A stretch of 64,000 nucleotides of DNA from Marsupella aquatica (lineage: Eukaryota; Plantae; Marchantiophyta), in contig OZ316895.1 of the NCBI GenBank assembly GCA_973895155.1, positions 23,510,558 to 23,574,557 on the forward strand, in the 5' to 3' direction. Made by a program: the position numbers and the translations under genes. Every line of letters starts with the position of its first letter. Position 1 is the first letter of the stretch. Shown here in pieces: positions 43,801 to 56,601 of this stretch. The notes below the pieces were generated by a model. The model saw only the letters and a list, made by a program, of their open reading frames with translations. It was not told the DNA's origin and did no database searches.

Positions 43801-44479
43801 GACACAAGGAAGACATTTCAGGTGATCTCCATCTACCTTAGTAACCTTTGATTTGAATCACTTGGTTTAATTTAATTCATTTGTAATACAAGCACGTATA
43901 TTGAAGAGGCAGATTCTTGGTGTGTTCAATTAATTGGAATATGTTTGTGTCTATTTTTGTGTAACATATCCTTATGGTTTGATGGATTTTAGGATTTCTT
44001 CCCTTGATGAGAAGAGGGGTCGTACCTTTGATTGTGGAGTTCAAGGACAATTCTCTCAAGATTCCCGCAGCAGTCGGCATGACACAAATATTATTCGAGA
44101 TGTTGTGCCACATTATGGAAAGGTAGAAGAGATTCTAGTGATATCTTATGATGCACAATCAAAGTTTGAAGAGTATGTCTTCAAGTGCAAATGGTTCAAA
44201 GTGAACCTTGCAGGTAACAATCCTACTGTGGTTCAAGATGAGTGTGGATTTACACGACTGAAGACTTCTGCCACTAGTTTCCAGCCATCTCATTGGCAAA
44301 CATCAGAGCCGTTCACTTTTCCAAGTCATGTGGAACAATGTTTCTATATTCCATACCCCCCAAACCCAGAGGAATGGTCACTTGTCATCACATATGTGCC
44401 ACGGTCTCGTTCAATCGTTGGGGAAAAGCCTGATATTCTGGTTGTGTCCCAACCTGAAGATGATGAGGACCAAGTTTGA
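39708..44479 (+). CDS. CACTA TnpD-like transposase (predicted exons 39708-39932, 41086-42262, 42360-43821, 43993-44479; 1116 aa)
   Basis: N-terminal CDCTRC..CAQH..YG transposase-associated motif; IHACVNDCMLF; LASDGVSP; YNLPPW; HDYPG; MHIEGNV; LKTHDYH; HLLVHL..GPVHCRWMY..ERYM; HYGKVEEI..FKCKWF. Exons sum to 3351 nt with no stops. Confidence 0.92.
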
Positions 44480-46562
44480 GGGGTCTGTGTTTGTGGATAT
44501 ATAGCTACACGGATATATAGTTAGATTTGATGATATGAAGATTTCTCTTCTCGGTAGAATGGAGAAATATGCGCTTCTCAATTATCAATAAACTTATGTT
44601 TTGTAAGTATATCATTTTCAAATGTTGTTTTCTATATCTCCCATCCCTACCCCACACTCACCACACCTTTTGGTAGACTTTATGCAAAGAAAACTCATGT
44701 TGCTTGTAGTCCTCTATCCTCCATGCTTTCCTAATCCCCCCTAGCTGTTCTCCTTATTACTTGTACCCACCTCCCTCCTCCTTTCTTTCATTGTCTGTCC
44801 CTCTTATTAAACCCTCCTTCCTCCTTCCTCTCCTTGTCCCAACCCCTGGCTTTCTATTTCAACCCTATACTTTCCTTACTTTCCACCCCTGTCCCCCACT
44901 CTTACCTATACAACCTAGCTTCTCTCCTCCCTCCTAAACCTATACCCTTAAACCTCCCTCATTTCCTTGTCCCTCTCTAAACCAATACCCTCCCTCCTTT
45001 CCTTGTCCCTCTCTAAACCCTAAACTCCCTCCTTTTTATTTTCACTCCCTAAATCCAAACCCTCCCTAAAACTATATCTACATACCCTTCCTCCTCCCTC
45101 ATTTCCTTGTGCCCCCTAAACCTGTATCCTCCCTCTTGGATCCCTCCGTTCCTTGTCCCTCCTAGCCCCATTCCCTTCCTCCTCCTTTTCATTGTCCCTC
45201 CCTAAAAATTACATGTATCCACCCTCCTTTACCCTCCCTCCCCAATCCCATTCCTTTTCCACCTCTTTGAAGCGCTCATAATATTTTGCGAAACATCTTG
45301 CGAAACCCCTACACCCGCAAACTCATCGCTACATTTGCGATACTTAACAGCTCCCTAATTGCCATCATCCCCTCATCGCAAACTTCCGAAGATACCACCA
45401 TCTCAAAGTTGCGAAACCAAAACATTCACAAAATGAGACCCTAGACAGGCACAGGATTTGCGAGCCTATTACTATTGCAAGTTAGCCATATATTCCACAA
45501 ACATCGCTCATTTGCGAGACAATAAGACTCGCAAAATATTTTGAGATGCTTAAATATTCGCAACCATTTAGTTTTCCAGCGCATCTCAATGAATTTGCGA
45601 AGCGGTAAAGATCGCTAACTTGTTCAATGGTAATTGCTTCGGGAATGTTTTGCGATACCTGAAGTGTCGTAAAATGTTGCGATGGTCTAAGTTTCGCAAT
45701 TATGTGTTGCGATGTGTGTAGATTCGCTAAGTGCGATGCGTATCGTATCGCAAGGTTAGCGATGAGATTAATCTTGCAAAGCTTTCTTCCTCTTGTAAAA
45801 CGCCTTCGCAAAATTGGCAAATATGTAGTAGTGTTCCCGTCCAGAGATTTCCCTCGCCATCATGGAGAGTCACACTTACAAGAAATCTTGAGAGACGGAA
45901 TATGATTTGGCATACTCTTGGAGCACTTAAAATACAAGGAAGGCAATTAAATATGGCTGATGTCTGCTCCACAAGGAAGAAGACAACAAACACCCATTCT
46001 GGTTCTACCCTTATTCTGGCTCTACCCTTACGCCCAAAAATGTGGTCCAGGAGATGGGTTATAGTCATCCATCTTATGAAACCAACTGTAGCAGTCTTTC
46101 AAGAGGCTTCATTGTCTCAATCTTCATCAATGAGGGCCTAAAGAAGATGACAAATTCTGTTATGATGGCAAGTTCTCTCAGGGCTTCATTCGCCATAGTG
46201 TTTAGGAGCATTCAATTTGGATTCAAATGGTCACCATGTGGATGTGAAGTGGTCAATCTGCCAATGTATTTTTGTTACAAAAGTGAGGGTGTGTTAGATG
46301 CAGTAGGACCTGTTCATGTAATCCTAAGTGAAATGATGGCTGTAGACAGAGAATTATGCTGGATGTTTATCTGTCCATCTATCTCTAGGGAGAAACAAAG
46401 AGTGACAAGGAAACTGGTGACACATGAAACAGTGAACTGTCCCTGCCAGAACCTAGGGTGATAGGAGAAATGGCCAGGTGATAAGGGAGATGGCAAGGTG
46501 ACATGGGATATCTCTGGACAAAGCAAATATTCAACCCATTGTCAAATACTTTAAGGTCATGC

Positions 46563-46698
46563 GTTCATTGATAATGGTGCTTGCCCAGTGATATCTCTCC
46601 ACGTGTCTGGTTTAATGTCTCATTACACATGTTCATTGATAATGGTGCTTGCCGAGTGATATCTCTCCATGTGTTTGGTTTAATGTCTCATTACACAT
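46563..46698. repeat. Tandem duplication, 2 x ~68 bp
   Basis: GTTCATTGATAATGGTGCTTGCC...TTAATGTCTCATTACACAT occurs twice. Confidence 0.8.
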
Positions 46699-48426
46699 TA
46701 TACAGTTGGTGTACACATTGAGCGCTACCAGCAAGAGAGGAATCCTGTCAGGGTCAATCAAAATTCAACACAGGGCCTGAAAGTACGATCAAAGACATAT
46801 GGTCTGAGTTATGAGCTATACAGTTTCCCAGGTGTCTCCCCACATATGCCGGTCGACATAAGGTCACCCTATACCTCATAATGGCGACCATATGACCTTA
46901 AACCTATACATTATGCTTGCTTTGTGACTTCTTTTGTTGCAAGTTGGAATGCTCCACCAGTTGGGGCATCTCTCACCAAAGCTAAGCTTGCACCCTACAC
47001 TTTTAACATATTCTCCTTCCGAGCAACCATAAGCCTATCTTTTGTGCCTGGGTTTAATTTGACCTCATTGTCATGCTAAATGAGCTTCGATCTGTCGTTG
47101 CCACATGTTTAGCTTTCATGGAGTGTTCCTCTACTTTGGTCGTTGCCTATAGCCCTGGCTTTGTTGGGCCAGTTTGTTTTGTGGTGTAATTTCATAATGT
47201 CCCAGTTCCATTCCAATAAATAGGCAAATTTTACTCGGTAACATTAAGGAGGAGGCAAAAGAGCAGGCAAAGAGAAAGGGGAACAACCCAAGTGGGGCCT
47301 ACGGGTCACCTCAGGAGGCCAAGGATGGCTTGTGCCCAGCAGGTCTCAAGTTCAATCCCAATCCAGTCAATTCTGCTCCTCCATGTCATATGGATTCTGT
47401 GCCAAATTGGCCTGGGCGGGTCAAATGTGTTATGTGCGATAGGCTGGTTTGAAGTGGGTGAAGCCATATCATTTTCAAGCATTACCATTTAGAGAAATGG
47501 TTTTGTTGGAAGATGATAGAACAGATCAGCTTATCAGACAAAAGTTTCAGTCACCTTCATGATGCCCCTCTCCTGTCTTTGCGCGAAAGATTGTTTCCGT
47601 CCCACCCCTACAGATTGATTTCCCAATTTTGCAATGGCCAGTGGCACTTGGATGGTGAAGAATGTAATTCAGGACAATCCAGCCACACATGACTTAGACT
47701 CATCAGCTTATCCTGAATGAGACTAATTGCCTTGCTGCCAGCTAGATGTGATACAACGGGCAGTTGAAGTAGACATACACATTGAGCAGAAATAGATCGC
47801 TGAGCAAGTACCACGTGCAAATTCTGAATCTTGATTTCGTGAATGCAGCACGACATTGAGACATTACGTGCAGAGATTCAAAACTTTCTTCACCCACCTA
47901 CGCATCTATTAAATCTTCAAACCTTTCAGCACTTGCTGCTCAACTCTCTATTGTGCATCTGAAAATGGCCTCAAACGAGAAGCTAGCTCAAATGAATGCC
48001 CGTGCTGCTGACATCACATTTTGCAAGACAGCAGCGTGATGACCTCAACTTTCAGAGTAGGCCAAAATTGTGGAAGTGATCTTGATCCTGCTCATTCTAC
48101 TGCTTTTTCTTGGGAGCAGGGGAATACGCTGTTGCAGTAGGACCAAACATCTACCATACGGCCTTCTGAAGACATCCATTATTGGAGCATTGCCTGCAAC
48201 AAGTGTCCCACTTCGGATGAGCAAGAAATATATATCTAGAACTGCAAAGTTTTAACTCCACTAAACGAGCCTCTCAAGCTACCCCTCGACATTGTCCCGT
48301 GTTTCGAGCTAAGAGCTTTTTTGAGTCATGCCGATATCTCGACAGGCCAAGGAAACGACTATGAAATGCCGCAAAGAAGGAATCAAGGACGGTGTGACAA
48401 ACCTTTCCTATTCCAACACAAACTGC

Positions 48427-51400
48427 TCAGTCTGTCTTCTTGTCAGCTGCTTTTTGATCACCATCAGCTGTTGGCACCTCTCCTTCAGATGTGCTTTCTT
48501 CAGAGACAGACTCATCAAAATCAAGTAGCTGCAGTTCAGGCAAAGACAAGTAGGCCACATGTAAGTACGCTGGTCCATTCAACATATTTATGCAATTATC
48601 TTTCAGGTAGTCCTCCATGAGATCTTTACCGCAATCGTAAGGAAAAATGATGCAGAACTTTACCGCTTTGACTTCTCCTTTCATCAAACTGTGAACAGCT
48701 ACGAAACCAATAACACCTGGTACAATGTAGAGTAGAGCTGGCTGCAACACACAAAGAGGAGTAGGTTAGAGACGATAAAAAGTGAGCATTCACCTAGCTG
48801 TGGTCTTAATAACGACGTAATCTCACGTGAAACAGACGTGAAGGAGATTGGGAACATATCATTCGCTTTCAACATTTGCAGAGCTCACATGTGCAGATAG
48901 GATGTTTCCGTAAGGCTAACCTGAGCAGCTTGAAACCAATTCATGACAACTATGGTCACCAATAATCCTGCAGTATACCCCGCAAAGGCACTGTTGAAGT
49001 AGCGTTTGCCGGTCTTCTGAGAGACGTCAAACCGTAGAGCAAGGGCTACAAAAATGCCTGTACATGGAATTCAATTAAGTCAGCAACGAGTATACATATC
49101 TGAAAGAATGAGAATTTGGAGTTTAAAATAAAATCCTGGGGACTGACGTAACCACAAACCTGGAATGACAATGTCGCCCAAGCCCAGCATGGAGAATGGT
49201 CGGGTTATATCTCCTGTGGGAAATATCAGCTGCGGAATACACGAAACAAACAAATATCAAAATTTCGAAAGCAATGCTTCCGACCTGAAACTTCAGTTAT
49301 TGGATGATGTGAAGAAAAGCCTACATTACATGGAAAGTGTCTGACCCAGTGGCTAAGATTTAGTAGAGTATATACCCCAAACCTATCTGCCAGTGAGGAG
49401 TGCTTGAATGCCCTTTTGTGTAGACCAACTACTGCAACGCATCGAAGGGAAATGAATGATGTACCTTGATAGGAGCGTCAAATGACTTAGCAACGCTGAC
49501 CATAACCGGAGTAAAGAAGACCCAAAATATGTCATAGAAAAATAACCCTGCCTACAAAGTACCAAAACAAATTATTCAGTAATAGAACGAAAGTCTGGGT
49601 ACGTTATAAACTTCGTAAGCCGAAAATAAGTAGGAGATACGCTACACAGTAATTGCCAATTAAACTTCACTTTCTCCACAATGGGGAACGGTCCACAAAA
49701 CACTCCCATCAGAGAAGTTTCGAATGAGAACATAACAAATACATACCAGCAGGATCGCACCGATCTTGAATGATCCTAGAGACAACATCTCAATACCCTG
49801 CAGGAAATTTGCAAAGAGGCAAAGACTATTGGTCCTCCGCGAAAATCTTACGACAGGGAATTCAGGAGCTTGACCGGCATAAAACGTGAGAGATGCAAAC
49901 ATTGTGAATTCCAAGATGTCATTGTGTATATTTTCTTCAACAATATTTGAAACCAAAGTGATAACAAGAGCATTAAATACCTGTATGGAGAAGGCCAACC
50001 CCAGTGTATTGTTTGCCAGCCAATGCTTCTTCAAGACATACCAGACACAAAAAAAGGTGCCTGGAATGCCTGCAATGACCTGCGACTTGGTGAACACCAC
50101 CTCCACTTCTGCATTGTATCCAAGGCAATTAGTTTTGGCAACGTATAAGTCAGCTCATCGGTGTGCCACAAACTATTTGAAGACTTTCGTTTTCGGGAAG
50201 ACATTATCTCTCTCCGGCCATCAAATGAAAGCATGTGCACATGGATAGGCTAAGAATGGTTTTGGCACATATTCGCTGTGTCAACACAACTGGTACAAAT
50301 TATTTCAAAGGGATCGAAGTGACCAGTTCAACAGGCAAGGAATTACGAAAGAGAAAATGCGCAAAACTTCGGGAAATCTCACTTTTGAAATAGGGGAGAT
50401 CCCAGGTGATAGGGACATCATTCCAACTTGGGGGCAGGAAGCTGTCAATCACCGGTAATATTGTTGCACTGCAAAACATCAATAGATGTAAACCAGATGG
50501 TAAGCACACAATCTGCAACATTCACGTCTCAACATATTGCTCCAATATTCAAGGCTATCCAAAAACACAAATCTCTCTGAGACGGTCATGAACCGTTTGG
50601 TAGAAATGAAACAAAGTGAACAATAACATCTAACGTTCAGACTGATGCAGAAAAGGATAGCTTAGCATTGCCCACAAAATTAGTGATTTTGAGCCCACAT
50701 ACGATAGCGCAAGAATGCCCAGAACAAAGAAGTAGACCGTGAGGACTGTGTTGATCAGATCCTTCGGAAGGAACTTGAATAGAAGGAAAAGCGAGAAAAG
50801 AACAGCACTCCCAATGAATGGAAAGCGCATTGCGTGCTCCTTCGACATTGTTTCCTGCAATACACAGACAGCCCTTAGAGGTGCATCAAAACCCTACGTG
50901 AATTTTCACCTTGAGTCAAACAGCCTATCCAGCCAAAATTAAAGAGCTAGAAAAAAGCAGATTAAAGGAGGCAGAGAAACTTACAGTAGGAGGCGCAGGC
51001 TTGACAGAGCGGTGGCAACCAATGAACACAGTCAGGCATGCTGTTGCTATCACATTGAAGTTCGGGTTCACTGTCACTACCAGAGGTGCCAGAGTCAAAC
51101 CTGCAAACGAAAGGTGTACAAAAGATGCCGTGCTTAAGATCAAGCTCAAAACATCTGAACTCCACGGGCCAAATATATTTTTTGCGCTCGCTGTGATCCT
51201 TAAGGGAACCAAGGCCACACCTGATGGCTAATACAGCACAGCTGTGGCTGATGTACAGGAACATTCCCAAACCTTACCAACGGCATACTGCAAACCTACA
51301 AGGTGTGGCTTTGAATTTAAATTGGCGTAAATTGAACTCCCAAGAAGCAAGATAGAATCCCAGACTGATGCTTGAACCCGGTTATTTCGCACATTGCAAG

Positions 51401-52103
51401 CTCCCATTGCCTTCGCACATTGACGAAGACAAGGCTGGATGCAAAACTGTTAGGAGTCGAAGCAGTCAACTCACGATGAAGAATGGCCCCCCATCCTCCT
51501 CGCCAATGGAGACAGACCTAATTAACACTCATCGACAACGCACACGCGATCTACACACATCACGACCTCTCATGCCTAAGATAGTCGTCCTGTGCCCTAT
51601 GAAAGACACTAAGCTCTGCAATCAGACTCGAATGGAAATCCCAGAGTCCATTAAGTCTGCAATTAGTCACGCTCAAAGTAGACAGGGGAGCAGCGAAAAG
51701 TGGCCGCGGGAGCGGTGTCCGAGATTTGTCTAACGCAATTCGATCGTCAAATAGATGGAACGAGACGGAAAGAGAGGAAGCCAAATCCGCTGTTCTTCCA
51801 CAAAAACCAAACGAAAGCATAAAACAGATCGGTGTTCTTCCATAATGGAAAAACAACAACAATTGAGAACGCAAAACAGATCTGAATTATGAAGACATAA
51901 ATGCTTTTCACGGTAAAGCCTCAGAAAGAAAGACTCGAAGTCGACGACGAGCAAACATACCTCCAATTACTCAAGCCTACACCAACGACATCGCTGCTTA
52001 TCCAGAACGCAACAACAGTGAAGACGATGGAGCCAATTTGTTTTTAAAGAAATGAATACCAACCTACGAGCGCCGCGCTCGCTATGCGCTCTGCTGTTGC
52101 CAT
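48427..52103 (-). CDS. SPP: Signal peptide peptidase (GxGD intramembrane aspartyl protease), multi-exon
   Basis: MATAERIASAALV|GLTLAPLVVTVNPN; ETMSKEHAMRFP; HWLANNTLG; FFYDIFWVFFTPVM; FSMLGLGDIVIPG; QPALLYIVP; C-terminal KKTD ER-retrieval motif. Confidence 0.95.
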
Positions 52104-52953
52104 GACCGCAAAGACCGCGTCACAAATGAGCACTCGCAACCCTCGCCTAAACCTCCTCCCAGAACTCTACTTCGCTGCCTCGTTCCTTTTCTACTCGTCG
52201 TCTTCTCTCCTTCTTTTCTCGAGCTACTCCAGTTCAACCTAATTCACCTCCGTTAAGTCCCATAATCAACCCGAAAACTGGCTGTTCCCTCCCTTTCCCT
52301 CTGATCACTAGTCCAAATTCCACGCTCCACTCTCCACTCCGCAAATTGATGCCTGCTGACAATACGCTTCTCCCTGCCTCAGCGTTCTCCAAAATCGCCT
52401 CTCTCCAAAATTTACGACAGCTTTGAGACAATTTCGTGCTCCTGTCACAAATACGTCTCAAACGAGCGTTTCAGACCAGCCGGCGTTCTGCGAAACGCGG
52501 ATTCCAGCTCTCGACGTGCCGCTGGTGATGCAGCCGGCGACCACAATTGGAGCTCGCGAATTCGATCAGTCAATCGAAACACATTGCAGAAGTTGAAGAG
52601 CGAAATTAGGACGAAATGACGACAGAAAGACACGATGAAAGTCCCAAAAGAAGAGAGAAGGCCTCTTGTTCTTCTTTGGAGTGTGAAGGACGGTGAATCG
52701 ATCCATTAGCCAGATCACGATTAACTAAACTCACCATTTACCACTAATCCGGTTACTCGACGTCGTGTCAATCACTCCATGTTCAGTAACTAGCAGTACG
52801 GGTTCTCTATGACCCTCGATTGCGCATTTTTTTGGATGATCCACGGCCAGGAGAATGCGTTACACAGAAGAAATGGTATGCTCTTACAGGGTAGGGAGAC
52901 GGATTACACTTCCTCGTCCGTACTGTACGTCAGGACGTTTAACAGTGTGTTAG

Positions 52954-53084
52954 GTATTCATTACACAAGACCCACGCAATTACATTACATTACACCTCGG
53001 AGAACGCATGAACGACATTGTATTCATTACACAAGACTCACGCAATTACATTACATTACACCTCGGAGAACGCATGAACGACAT
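52954..53084. repeat. Tandem duplication, 2 x 66 bp
   Basis: GTATTCATTACACAAGAC..GCATGAACGACAT occurs twice. Confidence 0.85.
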
Positions 53085-53475
53085 GGGTCACAGGGTAAAG
53101 CATGTAAGGTTTACAGTCTGTTAGGATTTCAAGAATCACGTACTCAAATTAATGCAACGGATTTATCCTTGGGATAAAAAATGAGCGTTTTGTCATACTC
53201 CTTCCTGAAACCGATCCTAATTAATTTCCATTTTAAATATGGTAAGAATTCAGGTTAGTGCATACCAGCAGAGATGAATGTCAGCCGTGGGATCTATCGT
53301 AATGGACGGATACCATGAATGGGATGGATGGAATGACTTCATGGTCAAGGCAGTCATGACTTGTGGCGACGAATGAGGAGGCGAGTAGTTGCTGCTTGAC
53401 GAATGGGAGAAATCGGGCAATTGGGCATGTGTGGGGGCTGGATACTCTAAATTACTAATAAAGTGCAATGCAAAG

Positions 53476-53636
53476 CTATTTTCAAGGGCTAGTGAAGACT
53501 CTAGACAATAACTATCAATATAAACAAAATAGAAGTGAGGATGAAAGGGTCAAAAACTATTTTCAAGGGCTAGTGAAGACTCTAGACAATAACTATCAAT
53601 ATAAACAAAATAGAAGTGAGGATGAAAGGGTCAAAA
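53476..53636. repeat. Tandem duplication, 2 x ~81 bp
   Basis: CTATTTTCAAGGGCTAGTGAAGAC...GGGTCAAAAA occurs twice. Confidence 0.88.
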
Positions 53637-54232
53637 AAACAAATTGAAACAAAGATGAATAACTCTATTTACATTCAAAGAGACTAGTCCTTTAATCTGC
53701 TCGTGCATTTTTTTCGTAGTTTTATATCCCATTATAATTATATTATTGGTAGTGACCCTTTTCCCCGACTTGGGGGGGTCTATTTTTTACTAGCTCGGGG
53801 TTATAGTTATTTAAAAGAATAGGGTGAGAGTTTAATGATAAAAGTAGCGGACGAAAATACACTTGGGGTCTAGGCTAAATAGTGTATGGCCTTTTCAGGG
53901 GCTATGGGTTATCCTACACTCTCAACCCTCAGTTCAGTGTAGGCTGTAAGTTACTATCATTGAGTTTTTTGGGGAGCACTTATACTACAGTAGTAGTGGA
54001 TCGACTGTATATCCTGATCTGCTTTGCTCAATTATTAAGAGAGCCTAGAACTAGGCCATCATCACCTGTACTAAGTCTTTATCTTATTTTCATTGTAAGA
54101 ACTGCAAACTAACGGACGATCGGATAGCTAGGAACTAACTCTTGGAACTAATTTGGAATCTAACAAATGGATGCGCTTGAATGCATCTGCACCTTAACTT
54201 CGATTTGATCTGGTCAGAATACCAAAATATTT

Positions 54233-54575
54233 TCAAGAGTGACGAATATTAACGCTCACTGAAGGATCTGTGAAGCCACACATGCATGTAGCCTGCCGCC
54301 CGGGAATCGGCCGAACCCGAGGAAGCCATGATGTACACGATGTAGTTAATTCCCGGCTTGTTGATCGACATGGGACAAAAGCTCCGCAGCTGCCACCAAT
54401 GACAGTGGCCGCCTTTCCAGAATTGTACAGTGGTGCAGCTGACCCCGGAGGCAGTGGAGCAATCGGTTTGACAGCACGCTTGGTTGCCCAGAGCAACGAG
54501 ATCGTTCGAGCAGGTGTTGGCATCGGCTAATCCAGGATTACCGAGCATCTCACCTGCCGATGCCAACACTGTCAT
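54233..54575 (-). pseudogene. Possible frameshifted relic of a small cysteine-rich protein
   Basis: Cys-rich segments split across frames: TCSNDL..GNQACCQTDCS..SCTT / GGSCGAFVPC / CGFTDPSVSVNIRHS. Confidence 0.3.
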
Positions 54576-55563
54576 CTAATTCAGTACTGGTTTGACAAGG
54601 TTTGAAAAGTTATGCCATTTTTGTGTAAGATACCGCCGATTGGTAGAACAGGACCCTCTAAAATTTGCAGTAAGGGGACATGCAACATTGGCGAACTACT
54701 ACTCTTTGTGTACTTATAGATTCCATCAGAACTCTCACTGTCGAAGACTCCAGTCAATCCCAGCCGACTTCAACAATAACTGGCCGTCAGGATCTCTCGA
54801 AAGACACATACGATTGACTAGACTGCTGAAGAGCAGACATTCACGGCTCCGAAAGTATTACAATTTAGTTCAACTCAAAAGTTGCCATCTTCTGAAAACA
54901 GTGTCGACAAGCATGTAACCATTGGACAGTCTCATGACGGGACAACACTTTAACAAATGAAAATTCATATTCCGATATACTGTTCAACTGAAGTACATCG
55001 GAAGTTCCGGAAATGAGATGCACGCAAACAAATATTTCATGAAGAGACTCGGCTACTTCCGTTGAGAACGGAGGGACCTGTTTATTTGCTCAAAGAAATT
55101 TAACTGCCGAAGAACATGTAATGCCAAACTTAAAAAGGGTAATGCCATTACATCGAAGACCTTAGAGTTGACTACCATGCGGGAATAATCATGCCATCAG
55201 AAGTCCCTGCATGCTTCAAAAAAGGAAAATATGCACCCCGACGTCAGAAGTCCGTCCAGAAAAGGAAAATCTGCACCCCGACCTTGAGTGTAAGCAGACC
55301 TGACGCTGATTTGGCTCAGCGTTCAGATAGACACTCTCGGAAAGCATAAATTAGACTGATTGTTATATAGCCAGAGAGAGCAGCTAAACTCCGAGGTGCA
55401 AGCATCATCCAGAGGATCTTCCAACAAAATCTGTACGAACGTTATGAGAACGATAATTGCGAACTACCTGACACGCACGGCTACTTGTCTAAACCCTGAC
55501 CGGTTCCGAATGTGGAGCTGAACTGGTAAGATCTGGTACTTTTGAAACATCATGAGCTTCTTC

Positions 55564-56601
55564 CTAATCATCATCCGAACCATCATCAAGTCCTTCCAAA
55601 ACATCAAAAACTTTAGTCTTGAGCATGTGGAAGTGTTCCCTGAAGAGCGTCTCGGCTTCCTGTTGAAGTTTAGTTGCTGCAAGCGTCCGAGCGAGTCTGA
55701 GCATGTGTGGCACATTATCTACTGTTAATTGTCGGCAAAGCTCAGAAAAATTCCTTCAGAAATCCAATTTCCAGACAATGTGCAGCTCTGAGGACCTCAT
55801 CAGGGCGAACAAATTCCGAGAAAGTTAATTCTCCAGAATGACAAAAATTCGATAGTTCTTCGTAGACTGGGTCTGTGCCAGAAAACAGCTCCTTGACCGG
55901 TTTCAGTCCAGTTCGACCATTCGCTATCGCCTCTTGGACGAATCGTGATTTTGCAGCCTGTACATCATGTTGAAACAATATTGTTAACCAACGAACAAAG
56001 ACACTCATATATCCTAAAGTCACATTTAAGATTTGATTTTCATGAAATGACGCCAGAAGTAAACAAATATTTCGAGGTCCAACTACACCGTCATTTTTGA
56101 GGAACAGGAAACAGACGTTGGCGTGATGTCAGCCAATGGGATTAGAAGCAAGGAGTACAAATTCCTCACCACGACAGACAAAATTACAGCTGCAGGTGTA
56201 GGCACCGTAGAGCCATTGAGCTTTCGCATTGTCCACGCAGGCAGAAACTCGCGGGGCAGTTTCAAAAACTGCACCATAATTCCCTGGCTAAGGTTTTCGG
56301 CCTTCAGCCTCTCAACCTCCGATAGTAATTGCTCGTACTCTGTGCTCTTGTTCGTCAATGCAAGGGAGCTCTCGGCAGTTATCCTGGACAGTTCAGTTTG
56401 ATGATTTTCTTTGGACGCGGCAAATGCAGCCCGCACCAACCTCAATTCAGCCTGAAGTTCCGTAACTTGTTTCTCATGGCGCGATTGACAACTGGAGCAG
56501 CCAGAGATATCCAGACGATATTGACAGCCACTTACCCAAGTACGAACCACTGCCGGTAAATCGGCCTCCAAACAGTATTTACAATACTTCTGTGTTGACA
56601 T
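55564..56601 (-). pseudogene. Cys-motif/coiled-coil/BTB-POZ gene, copy 1 (frameshifted)
   Basis: Exons 56170-56601 and 55564-55957. A 5-nt deletion relative to copy 2 near 55745 (FLKEF) shifts the frame. Confidence 0.75.

Larger units (their letters stand above)
34939..45833. mobile_element. CACTA (En/Spm) DNA transposon, 10.9 kb
   Basis: Termini CACTACAACA / TGTAGTAGTG, 3-bp TSD TTC (34936-34938 and 45834-45836), dense subterminal TTGCGA/TCGCAA repeats at both ends, TnpD transposase inside. Confidence 0.95.
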
